From Plasmodiophora brassicae (taxonomy: Eukaryota), in contig CP145419.1 of the NCBI GenBank assembly GCA_036867785.1, forward strand, positions 868,001 through 932,000: a stretch of DNA of 64,000 nt. The letters run 5' to 3'. Below the pieces are notes generated by a model. The model was not told the DNA's origin. It searched no databases and was given only the letters and a program-made list of their open reading frames with translations. Shown here piece after piece: positions 12,739 to 22,363 of the stretch. Made by a program: the position numbers and the translations under genes. Numbering within the stretch: position 1 is the stretch's first letter; every line of letters begins with the position of its first letter.

Positions 12739-14053
12739 GCTGGGGGCCGTAGTGCCGTACGTATGAGATGGGTGGCGGGACGTGCCGCCTTGGGTCCCGC
12801 CCACGGCTTCTACGTGTTGTACGCGACCCACGTCAGCTGGACACGGTCGAACCGTCACGGTCCACCACGGAGTCCGCACACACACCAGCTAAAATACCAG
12901 AGACATATGCGGTGCGTAGACGAGGGATTTGATCGTTAGGGAAACCGGTGTCGATTGCACGCTGTATCATCCGGTTTAATGCCTATCCACGTCAGTATCG
13001 AAATGTTCTCCGATTTCCACAGCATAACCGTACTGCTCCACCTTCAAAGCGTTTGCGGATGTGCTCTGGGATGTCCCTAGATTCATCTTTCGGTTGCGAG
13101 GTGTCGAACAACAAGTACATACAACCAGCAGCACATGCGGCATGCCAGCAACACGCGAACGCCATCACGCACTCCGAAACTCCGTGCTCGCCGTCGTTGG
13201 CAGCCGTTACGTCGCCGGCGACGTAATCGCCACTGTGACGTCCTCCGTGCCGATGCGCACGCAACGCCGTACGTAAAATACTTCACGGCGGGAACGCGAC
13301 GCGGCTCCAACTTGCTCGGCTTCTTCGTGGCTGGATGTGGTCGCATGGCATAGGCATTGCAACCGTAGACACGAAGGGCCGAGACGTCAGGCAGGGCGCG
13401 ACGAGCAGCCTCGAATGATGTGCGACGCCCGGGAAGGACGGATCTCGGGTGGATGTTGTACAGGACCGCAGCGCGCGTACGACAGTGACCAGGGCCACGT
13501 GAAGTCAGGCATGCGGGCGTGGCACCGATACCGCAGAGCGTGTAGTTGACGCTTTCGGCGCGGCCGTTCTGCTCAGGTGTGTACGGGACGGATTTACGAT
13601 GCAGGATGCCGGACTCGTTGTAGAACAAGACGCATGCCTTCGAGGTGAACTCGCCGCCACCGTCGGTCTGGAAGTCTCCGATACCACGTCCTTCTTGACT
13701 GCGAAGGCGCGCATCGTAGTTCTTAATGACGTCGAGGGCGTCCGATTTCCGGCGAAGCAGGTATACTGTCAGATAGCGCGTGGAGTCGTCCAGCATCGTC
13801 TGGTAATACTCGAAGGCATGCGTCATGTTCTACAACGAGTCCGGCGTCCTGTATCGTAAATCCGTCCCGTACACTCCTGAGCAGAACGGCCGCGCCGAAA
13901 GCGTCAACTACACGCTCTGCGGTATCGAGTCATCGATTCGGTGCCACGCCCGCATGCCTGACTTCACGTGGCCCTGGTCACTGTCGTGCGCTGCGGTCCT
14001 GTACAACATCCACCCGAGATCCGTCCTTCCCGGGCGTCGCATATCATTCGAGG

Positions 14054-14403
14054 TGTAGTGATGTTTACCCAAACACTACTCCTCCAGGTCCCAGATGTGA
14101 AGACAGAGCAAGATGAGTCAACCACACTGATTGACCGATTGAGGTCGGTCCGCGCCGTGGACGTTTATTGTACCTACCTATGATTGTAATGCGCTACGAA
14201 GGAGCCCAATTTGGTGCCGGCTGAGCCGCCAACACGACTCAGTCGTGAGTCGTGACACCAGACCTCTGATCGTTCTCGCCCTTCCTCGCGGCTTCCTCCA
14301 GCACGCCGTACGGACTCCCTGGTCTTAGGGCTGCCTCCCGTATATGCTATTCTTGGTAGCTGCGACAGGGCATGCAGCATGCTGCATCGCTCCACCGTCT
14401 ACA
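14054..14403. mobile_element. Solo LTR (TGTAG...CTACA) with 4-bp TSD GAGG
   Basis: GAGG at 14050-14053 and 14404-14407. Removing the insert restores the Copia sequence TTCGAGGCTGCTCGTCGC. Confidence 0.85.
14096..14257 (-). mobile_element. Solo LTR of Gypsy family 1, nested in the previous solo LTR; TSD CCAGA
   Basis: The reverse complement aligns with the LTR at 20936-21081. CCAGA at 14091-14095 and 14258-14262. Confidence 0.9.
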
Positions 14404-14731
14404 GAGGCTGCTCGTCGCGCCCTGCCTGACGTCTTGGCCCTTCATGTCTACGGTTGCGATGCCTATGCAATGCGACCACATCCTGCCACGAAGAAGCCTA
14501 GCAAGTTGAAGCCGCTTCGCGTTCGCGCCGTATTCATCGGTTTCACACCAGGCACGAAGGCGTGGCGGTTCTACGATGCCGAGCGCGAAGACAGGTTCGA
14601 GAGCACGACTGCCGAGTTTCTGGAGAACTCGTTCGCATCGGTTTTGGAAGGCCCAGCTCCACCAGTTCATCATCAGCGCCACCATCCATTCCCGAGTCGA
14701 GCTCTGCGCCGAACATTGGCCCGATCGTCCC

Positions 14732-15229
14732 CCCTTGGGCGCTGCCCCAGTGACCTAGCTGGTCAGGAGTACTAAGCAGGTCAGCAAGCAGTCGTGGGAC
14801 CGCAAGGTCCCCAGTTCGAGGCACGATCTCCCCCAAAAAAGTCCCGGTGCCCAACAGCCGTAAATGTTGAAGGGGTGTTTAGTGTTTACTGATCAGTGAT
14901 CAGGCAGCCCAAAGTGCCAGAGCAATTAGGGGTTTCGCTTGAGCGTCTGGGAGGTAAAGGAACGGCCCGTAACAAATGTATGTCGGCTCCCCGGCATAGG
15001 CGGTATGGCGAAAAGTCCGACAAGAGTGCAGTCGACAAATCCGAGCGAATCACGGCCCGTTCCGATATCGTCCAAGGCCCGATGAACCCAGTACAAAGGT
15101 GATGGGCCGGCACTGCCAGGCCGGGGGATGTTGGCGTTCTGCTGCTGAACCTTCGACCCTCGGACTCGAGATCGAGGCGCCTGCGTGAAAAGAAAGCGCG
15201 AAAAACAAATAAAACCAAACCAAACCAAA
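14732..15229 (+). mobile_element. SINE-like non-LTR insert with 11-bp TSD and (AAACC)n tail
   Basis: TSD CCGATCGTCCC at 14721-14731 and 15230-15240. A-rich/AAACC tail. Pol III A-box-like TGACCTAGCTGG (~14751) and B-box-like GTTCGAGGC (~14814). Confidence 0.75.
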
Positions 15230-15516
15230 CCGATCGTCCCGACGTCCTTCCCTTCCGACGCCATCATGGCACCTCTACCATCGACGTTAGCATCCTCCGT
15301 TGTTCCACATGAACCTCTCCCTGGCCGGCATCATCGATACGAATCCCACGGCGTGTGCTGCTGGAGGGGGCGTGTCAAACAACATGTCCAGTACAGAGTT
15401 AAACCTCGGGTTAAGCACATAAAATTGTCCCCGGGGAGTTATGCGAAATTACCCCGAAATGAGCACATGTGCTTAAAGTGAGGGTTAATGCTGACTGTGG
15501 TGGACTGCGGTGCACT

Positions 15517-16104
15517 GGGGCTGCTTGAAACTGACCATTTGGAAGTACATTACATGAATTTGGTTTAATTCGCAATAGTTTATTAACTAGTCAGAGACCC
15601 CCTCACTGGAAAACCGGAAGTTGTTAATTCCGCATACGCCGTTCAAGGTGGCACCAACAAGATTCAAATCATGGCGTCTCGTGCTGCACATGCGCTTGAA
15701 ATGTGTCGACTCCTGACTGAAGTGATGAAAAGTGCATGATGTGACAACTTCTGCACATTTGTGAGCCGAACTGACGAAAAGTGAGTCCTAATAACCCATG
15801 AATGTGTGGCATTCGACACGCATTTGTGGCGCACTTTGATACACATCGATACATTCTGACATGAAGTGACCAGAAGTGTACACTAGTGTACACTAGTGTA
15901 CACTTTCTGGCCACACGAGTACGCGCTACCTGGCGGCTTCGTTGTACCAATTGTACACTATGCGAGTAGATGATCGACGATAACATCGTTCAGATGATGT
16001 GATCTGTAAGTTCGATTGCCACAACAGTAAATTACGCTGAGTTAAACATTTCGCAAATATTTAACTGCACACAAATGCGTATGTGTTCACTTTCAAGCAG
16101 CTCC
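15517..16104. mobile_element. Non-autonomous PHIS (Pangu/Harbinger-like) element, TSD ACT
   Basis: TIRs GGGGCTGCTTGAAA / TTTCAAGCAGCTCC with ACT on both sides. Same TIR as the 52571-56667 element. Internal (AGTGTACACT)x3. Confidence 0.8.
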
Positions 16105-16458
16105 ACTGGGGGTGTCCGGAAACGATCTCATTTGATCAACTTAAAAGAATGTAAAGTGATGTATTGCAAAACGATGGCTGTTAGTCCACGGTTAGTGGTT
16201 CTCCTCGAACGAACTGGAAGTTCGTGATGTTGCATATGACATGAAACGCAACCTCGCACTCTCCAAGATCGCGTCGCCAGGTCTCACTCAAGCATTTCCG
16301 CCGCTTAACGCGCTGAAGAGCCCGTTCTACTACTTGCCGAACACTGTTGTGACGACGATTGAACGCTTTCTCGTCCCTCGTCAGGTCACGTCCGGAGATC
16401 GGGGTGATTATCTTTCCAGGCTCGCCGACGTATCCCTTATCACCAGGCCTCTTTATAT

Positions 16459-18505
16459 CCCTACTCCGTGGGCTTCACCGTAATATATTACGTTTTAGAC
16501 TTTGGCCTGTCTCCATAATTTTATAAAGGATCCGAAAATTCGTCTAGCTGTACAGTTCGACAGGACCTGCCGGCCAATGAATTTTGGCGAAGACGGGAAG
16601 GACTGATCGTTCGTCCTCATCGCACGACATTTTTTACAAACTCCCTCACAAGTCGGTGGACCTGCGCAAACCGTAATATATTACGGTTTGAAATGAAAAT
16701 TTGTGGAAAGCCAGTTACGTTCTTAGCGACAGTGATGTCTGTGTATAAAATTCAGTTATAATCCCCGTGAGCGGCAGAGCGCGTTCGGAGCGCGATTGGG
16801 GTTTCACTCTGATTGCACACCTGGTGTCCTCCTGAACCTGAGCGACGCCAGCAGTAGGTCAATGACTCAGTAGAAACTGCAAAGCAGAATGCCATGTGAG
16901 ACAACCTGTGATTCAATGGTGTCATCGCGACGCTTTCGCGGCCGTCCCCGGCCACGCTTGGCGGCACCAGCATTCAACTCGGGACCACCGTTGCCATCAG
17001 AATGGGCGGCAGGCGAGGCAATGCCAGATGTCTTCTTCGAAGCGACAATTTCTATGGCGCGTTGTGAGCGTTGCTCCTCTTCGACTTCTTTCACACTGTA
17101 CGCCCGCTTTGGGATCGACCGCTTCTTCATCGGCAAGTGGCGCAGAGCATGGAAGTCGCAGCACGCACGATGGTCGCTTCCGACAGGAGCAGTACGAACT
17201 GTTTACGCGTATAGCAGTAATGGCCTGTCTCGCGGACACACAAAACGCAGCCTCAGAACACTTCGCTTAAGACGCTCGTTCGTTTCCGGATCTTGGATCA
17301 GCTTCTCCATCGGGTGATGGGCGGGACTCCTGTGCAATTGCGGAATCAGAACACAATGTCAACCACGTTTGGGATGTTACCTACCTGATCGTCCAGCCTT
17401 CATCGGTCTTAAAGACGGAAAGAGCATTACTTCGAGGTATCTTGGGGATGAGGTCCCCGAGATTTTGAACGACGCTTCTCTCTGCAAGTACACCTGGAAC
17501 GTCGACAGCCTCGTTGAGAATGTCTCGGCCGGCCTGGACCACGAAGTCTTCTATCGTCTCCGCTGAAACAAGGTCTCGGCGTAACGCTTTGAAAGTCGAC
17601 AAGGCCGTCTTCTCGTCCTGAAGGTCGTGTCTGCATTTCCAGTATCTTGGATTATTCATTCAGTCAACAGTGGTAAACAAGACTGAGAGCACGTGACTAC
17701 CTGAAAGCACTACAGGTGTCCAACCCGCAGGCTTGGAAGAGCAGGTGGATGACGTACTTGACCTCGAATGGAAGGCTGTTTCGTGGGTACCTCAACTTAT
17801 TGACATCGAAGCCTTGTCGACGCAACGATCTCGTCGTCGAGGACTAACCAGGTGTTCTCCTTGACGAACAGTTTCCGCGAAGCGGCGACAATCGCTTGCT
17901 CAAGAAATCGATAGTTGGGAGTATAGTCTGTGGTGTCCAGGAACGTAATTATTAATGTCACAGGAGCCGGACCGCCCGACCGTCTCGAACGCCCGGAGAT
18001 GGTTGACCAGCGTCCGGAACCGTTTGGAGGGCAGCGCCCTCGTTCCGAACAGCGAGGCGCCGTACTTGCAGCGCCTGATCGATCCTGGCGGTGGTGGCCT
18101 TTGAGTGATCCGCGAGGTGCTGCTTGAAAACGGCCGACACGAAGTCGTCTTCCATCAACAACTCGAAGCGCGGCGGATCGCTCGGGATATTCCACCCATT
18201 GGTCCCGTTGAACCGCTTCGTAACTGCTGCTTGAACTGACCTACGAGCGCTCGCACTGCTCGACGCCGGCGCCATGGCAACAGCTCTGGCTGTGGTGGCC
18301 CAAAAATTGAAATTGTTGGCCTGGATGTTCGTTCCTATTTTTACAGTTCACCACCATCAGTTTCGAGCATGACGAGTACCCCAAAGAGACACAGGCAGCA
18401 CCCCCTCTAAACCGTAATATATTACGGTTTAGCCGATCTACAACCAGGACCTCGCAGAGCTATTTTCGGCTAAACCGTAATATATTACGGTTACACGGAG
18501 TAGGG
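16459..18505 (-). mobile_element. piggyBac-like DNA transposon, degenerate, TSD ATAT
   Basis: TIR CCCTACTCCGTG...CACGGAGTAGGG, with ATAT at 16455-16458 and 18506-18509. Frameshifted minus-strand remnants YRFLEQAIVAASRKLF...WLVLDDEIV, a Cys-rich C-terminal tract and an AT-hook GRGRPRK. Confidence 0.75.
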
Positions 18506-18599
18506 ATATACGGACTGATCCGTAAGCTCCTTAAATAGCCTATTCACGGACTAGAACAGGAGGTTGTTTACGGATTACACGGATCACCGTAAGGGATGG

Positions 18600-19200
18600 A
18601 GCATTCTGTTGGAATTTATCGTTCTACACGAACGTCAGCGCCTGAATGTTGCGCTATTTCAAGGGACAGGTCGGTGATGCCCATTCGGTGGACGTCTTTC
18701 ACTGACTTCACGATGGAGAAATCGCTCTCGACTTGCGCAGTCCCAGGAAAGACGGTTGCCAGGCCACCGCTGAACCTCTGCAAAGATGGGAAGCGCCCCT
18801 GCACTACTTTCCAGCTTAATCCAAAGGTGGAAGTTCCGCTTAAGGCACCGAGAGATGCTCGCAGAACTGGTTCGCGAGAATATGCGGCAACCAGCTCCTG
18901 ATGTTCCTGCTCTATGGGCATCATTATCGGTCCGGGTCCAGCGAACCAGTAAACGGTCAGTGTGCCGGCGAACAACAACACAAAACTGCCTCGGAGGCAA
19001 GGTAACAAGTTCTTGCGGCGTGACAGGAGGGACGTGGTCAGCGCTGGCGACATTATTCTCGTCGCGTTCTGCAACAATGCTCGAGATACCGGACAGAGAC
19101 ACGAGTACAGGTGGACTGTGTTGTCGACAACACTGGCGAAGGTCCCTGAGCCCACGTCAATGCGGTCATGAACAAACGAACCCATGTCCAGAATACAGTT
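18600..19200 (-). pseudogene. hAT-like transposase C-terminal fragment
   Basis: W...GRFPSLQRFSGGLATVFPGTAQVESDFS...R...LSLE resembles the hAT dimerization domain and is frameshifted. TACGG-type subterminal repeats at 18510-18592. Confidence 0.7.
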
Positions 19201-19208
19201 CTCGATAC

Positions 19209-19404
19209 TGTCACGGACCATGTCGTACCACCGGCACACGGTGACGCCGTGACTGTGCGCGACTGCGTAACGTCCACGGCAGAGGCTCCGCCACTGACGC
19301 CGTTGTCGGTAACGGCTTGGCAAGCCCCTGTTACACAGCGTTACGTCGCCACCGTCTTGCGCCGATGTCGGTCGGAATAAATCACTTCGTTATCGTCTTC
19401 CACA
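19209..19404 (+). mobile_element. Copia solo LTR (type B, 196 bp), TSD GATAC
   Basis: TG...CA termini. GATAC at 19204-19208 and 19405-19409. Near-identical to the LTR at 28513-28708. Confidence 0.92.
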
Positions 19405-19544
19405 GATACGTTGGCGATTGACGCCGAACCGGTGGCATTTCGACAGCACCCACATCTCGTCGACCTACTCTCGTGACCGGCGCATCAGTACGTAACGTAT
19501 CTACACATCCTCCCCAAACTCGTCGTCGTCCACTGCGGACTGCG

Positions 19545-19886
19545 GGGAGGCCGAGGGATGAGGACATCTTGGCCATCGAATCGTTCGCCAACGATAGTGG
19601 CGGCCAGAACGGACCGGTGCACCTGTTTCACCTGCATCCGTGTCCCATTACACAGCCCCCTGGCAGTGTCCAAGTTCCCCAACAACATGACGTACTGGCC
19701 GACCTTCAGGTCCAGGTGGTGTGGAGCAACGCCGTTCGGCAGAAGAGAGTTGAGAAACTCAATCGGGTATAGGGCGGCGTCATCGTCGTTAGCGACCTTG
19801 TCGGCGCTGTAGACGGAGATCTTTTCATCCGGGAACATTTCGGTGATCTTTCGGTTGATATCCTGCGCGTCATCGTTGCGGACAGT
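19545..19886 (-). pseudogene. PIF1-type helicase fragment (Helitron RepHel-like)
   Basis: YPIEFLNSL...PHHLDLKVG..VMLL.NL...GLCNGTR...VLIPR. Truncated by the Copia LTR at 19887. Confidence 0.88.
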
Positions 19887-20935
19887 TGTCGAACAACGTA
19901 TCCACTACGACCAGCAGCACATGCCTGCAGCACGTGAACGCCGTCACGCACTCCGCGACTCCGTGCCCGCCAGCGTTGGCAACCGTTACACCGTCGGCGA
20001 CTACGTCGCCACTGTAACGTCCGCCGCACACACCGTACGTAATACACTCACTCCATTATTGTCTTTCTCAGATTAACAGTCGTATAGGCGCAGGCGCTGA
20101 GCCTCTACTCGCCATGGCCGAGCGCCAGGCGACGCCTAACACGGATGACGACCCGCTGCGTCATCTGTCGCTCGAGGAGATCGACACCCGAATTGCCGAA
20201 GCGGAGGCAACGATCGCCAGGCAGGAGAAGATCGACCGCCTCCGCGTCCTGCAGCAGCAGCTGGCGCGTCCGACCAGCTGTCCATCGACCCCGGCCATGC
20301 CGATCATCGCCGAGGCGCACAGCCGAAGCGACGCTGGCCGACTGCCCATGCCCAAGTTCGACGGTACTCCCGACTCGTTCACGTCCTGGGTTCAGACAGC
20401 TGCACTCTGGTTTCGCAATCGTGGGTACGCGGACGTCATCGGGATCAACGAAGATGGCTCGCCGAATGCGACAACCGGTACGGCACACGACCCAGCTCTC
20501 GAGGCAGCCGCGCGCGAGATTCTACTCGTCCACATGCTGGACCACAAGATCGCGTCCGCGTTGTCTTTGTTTCAGGCAGGCTCGGCTGCCAAGTGCTGGC
20601 GCGTGCTGTTCCAGGCGTACAGCCCGTCGTCGCTGACATCGGTCGTGCGCGCCGTCCGCGACCTTGTCACGGTCCAGCACATGCCCGGCGAGTCGGTCGC
20701 CACGTACGCCGCCCGAGTTCAAGCAGCGGCTCATCGCGTCCGGTCGACGGTACCGACCGAGATGCTGTCCCTCACCGACGCATTGGTCGCCGTCTTCATC
20801 TTGGCCAACGCATCATCCGATCTCGACGCCGTCGTCGCTGGCCTGCACAATCGTGCTCTGGACACGCTGCCCAGTGTCTCCGAGGTCGTCGGGTCGTTGA
20901 CAAGCGAGGAGATCAGGGTCCAAGACGTGCGGGAC
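19887..20935 (+). mobile_element. 5' part of a Copia copy (LTR A 19887-20070, PBS, gag from 20114), interrupted by Gypsy-1
   Basis: Nearly identical to 30647-31695. Similarity stops at GGGAC|TGTCAC. Confidence 0.92.
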
Positions 20936-21111
20936 TGTCACGGTCGAGTCGCTGTCTTGGCGACTCAGCCGGCACCTAATTGGGCTCCTCCGCAGCGCAC
21001 TACTACAATAAACGTCCACGGCGTTGGACCGACCTCAGTCGGTCAATCCGTGTGGTTGACACATCTTGCTCTGTCGTCACATTTTGACCGACTACCCTTC
21101 GGTCGTACGCG

Positions 21112-21231
21112 TATCGTCTCGTCTCGTCTCGGCCCGTATCGACTATCGTCTCGTCTCGTCTCGGCCCGTATCGACTATCGTCTCGTCTCGTCTCGGCCCG
21201 TATCGACTATCGTCTCGTCTCGTCTCGGCCC
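21112..21231 (+). repeat. 32-bp tandem repeat (x3.75) in the Gypsy-1 5' leader
   Basis: Unit TATCGTCTCGTCTCGTCTCGGCCCGTATCGAC starting at 21112, 21144, 21176 and 21208. Confidence 0.95.
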
Positions 21232-21246
21232 TGTATCATCGCAGCT

Positions 21247-22344
21247 ATGGCGGGAGGTGATGGGTTGATTCCGGCGTTGTCGGACCCGCCATCGTCCGCG
21301 AATCCGGATGTTGCAGCTGCGGCGGATGTTGCTGGCGCTATCGAGCTGCGCGACCTGAAGGCGGAGATCCTCGACCTCTTAGCCCAGTTGAAATTCGCGC
21401 ATGGCTCGCTGCCTAGGGCCAGCCCCCCCGCAGCGCCAGCTGTCTCGTCTCCCGAAGTGCGCAACGACTCGTCGGATCCCCCTGTCATCAGCGCTGTGCC
21501 TTCCCTATTGCCTCTCCACGCTTCTGTGGCTTCGTCTCTGCCGAATTCTGTCGCCCCGTCGACGCAGCATCCCGTGTCCCCGCCGCCGCCGCCGCCTATT
21601 GTTGTCCAGTCCCACGATATCCCGCGATTTTCGGGGGCGGACGGTCTGTCGACGATGCGTTGGTTGACCGCTTTCGCGCGGATCACCCAGACGCCGTTAA
21701 CGTCTACCAGTCCGCTTTCCGACGCTGTGCAATGCATCTTGACGACGGCCTTGAAAGGATACGCCTTGGAGACTTATCTTGACCTTTCCGAGGACGCGTC
21801 AATGGCGGACGTGGCATCCGCCCTGCTTCATGATTTTCCGGAGCCGTCGTTAAAGTGGGTCGAAGCTGATTTTGACAATTTGAAGCAGACTTCCAGTGTG
21901 GTTCACCATGCGCGGGAGTTCCAGCGCTTGTACAAGAAGGTTCAACAACTCGACCCCTTGTATAGGCTGAGTCCGTCCCGTTTGGCGGAAAAGTTCCGCA
22001 TGTCCTTGCACCCTGCACTTTCTGATGCCCTCTTCATTTACAACTACACCGAGTACGACAAGATGTTCGAGATGGCGATCCATCTCGAACCGAAGTATCC
22101 GATCGCCGCTGTCAACGCTATCGAGGTCGGAGGGGCGCAACCTTTGGTCTGCCACTATTGTCGCGAGGCTGGACATTTCATTGCGTCCTGCCCCAAGCGA
22201 CCTCCGTGCCAGCACTGTCACAAGGTTGGTCACCGCTCCGCGCTGTGCCCCGAGCGGCCTGCCGCTGCTGGTCCTCCGTCGCCCCCACCCAGCGCCAGCG
22301 TCCCGCAGGCTGGTCCCCCGGGAAATGTGCCCGGGCGTCTGTGA
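21247..22344 (+). CDS. gag: Gypsy-1 Gag with two CCHC zinc knuckles
   Basis: IPRFSG, LKQTSSV..H..EF, CHYCREAGHFIASC and CQHCHKVGHRSALC. Confidence 0.92.
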   Translation: MAGGDGLIPALSDPPSSANPDVAAAADVAGAIELRDLKAEILDLLAQLKFAHGSLPRASPPAAPAVSSPEVRNDSSDPPVISAVPSLLPLHASVASSLPNSVAPSTQHPVSPPPPPPIVVQSHDIPRFSGADGLSTMRWLTAFARITQTPLTSTSPLSDAVQCILTTALKGYALETYLDLSEDASMADVASALLHDFPEPSLKWVEADFDNLKQTSSVVHHAREFQRLYKKVQQLDPLYRLSPSRLAEKFRMSLHPALSDALFIYNYTEYDKMFEMAIHLEPKYPIAAVNAIEVGGAQPLVCHYCREAGHFIASCPKRPPCQHCHKVGHRSALCPERPAAAGPPSPPPSASVPQAGPPGNVPGRL

Positions 22345-22363
22345 ACGGGTTCCCCAGTCGCCC
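22320..22363 (+). promoter_or_regulatory. -1 programmed ribosomal frameshift signal
   Basis: Slippery G GGA AAT at 22320-22326 in the gag frame, a 6-nt spacer, then stem-loop GGGCG-T-CTG...CAG-T-CGCCC at 22333-22363. pol is in the -1 frame. Confidence 0.8.

Larger units (their letters stand above)
13102..15390 (+). mobile_element. Rearranged, internally deleted Ty1/Copia relic (host to three nested inserts)
   Basis: Diverged LTR at 13102-~13285 resembles the 30647 LTR. Integrase fragment on minus at ~13290-13820 and on plus from 13826. PPT GGAGGGGGCG and the start of a 3' LTR at 15373. RT/RNaseH are deleted. Confidence 0.85.

Noticed and set aside
14744-14830. Intact tRNA gene
   Set aside because: A- and B-box-like motifs are present, but no cloverleaf or acceptor stem could be built; treated as a SINE head.
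14885-14945. Hammerhead ribozyme in the SINE-like insert
   Set aside because: Only CTGATCA is present, not the CUGANGA core, and no convincing three-stem fold with GAAA.
15394-15493. ~100-bp imperfect inverted repeat (CAG...CTG) as a MITE
   Set aside because: The inverted similarity is visible, but there is no TSD and no second copy.
21112-21231. 32-bp repeats as a CRISPR array
   Set aside because: The units are contiguous with no unique spacers, sit in an LTR-element leader in a eukaryote, and have no cas genes nearby.
20114-21268. 384-aa ORF as a novel gene (likewise 28880-30166 and 39218-40447)
   Set aside because: Chimeric read-through of Copia sequence into adjacent inserted elements.
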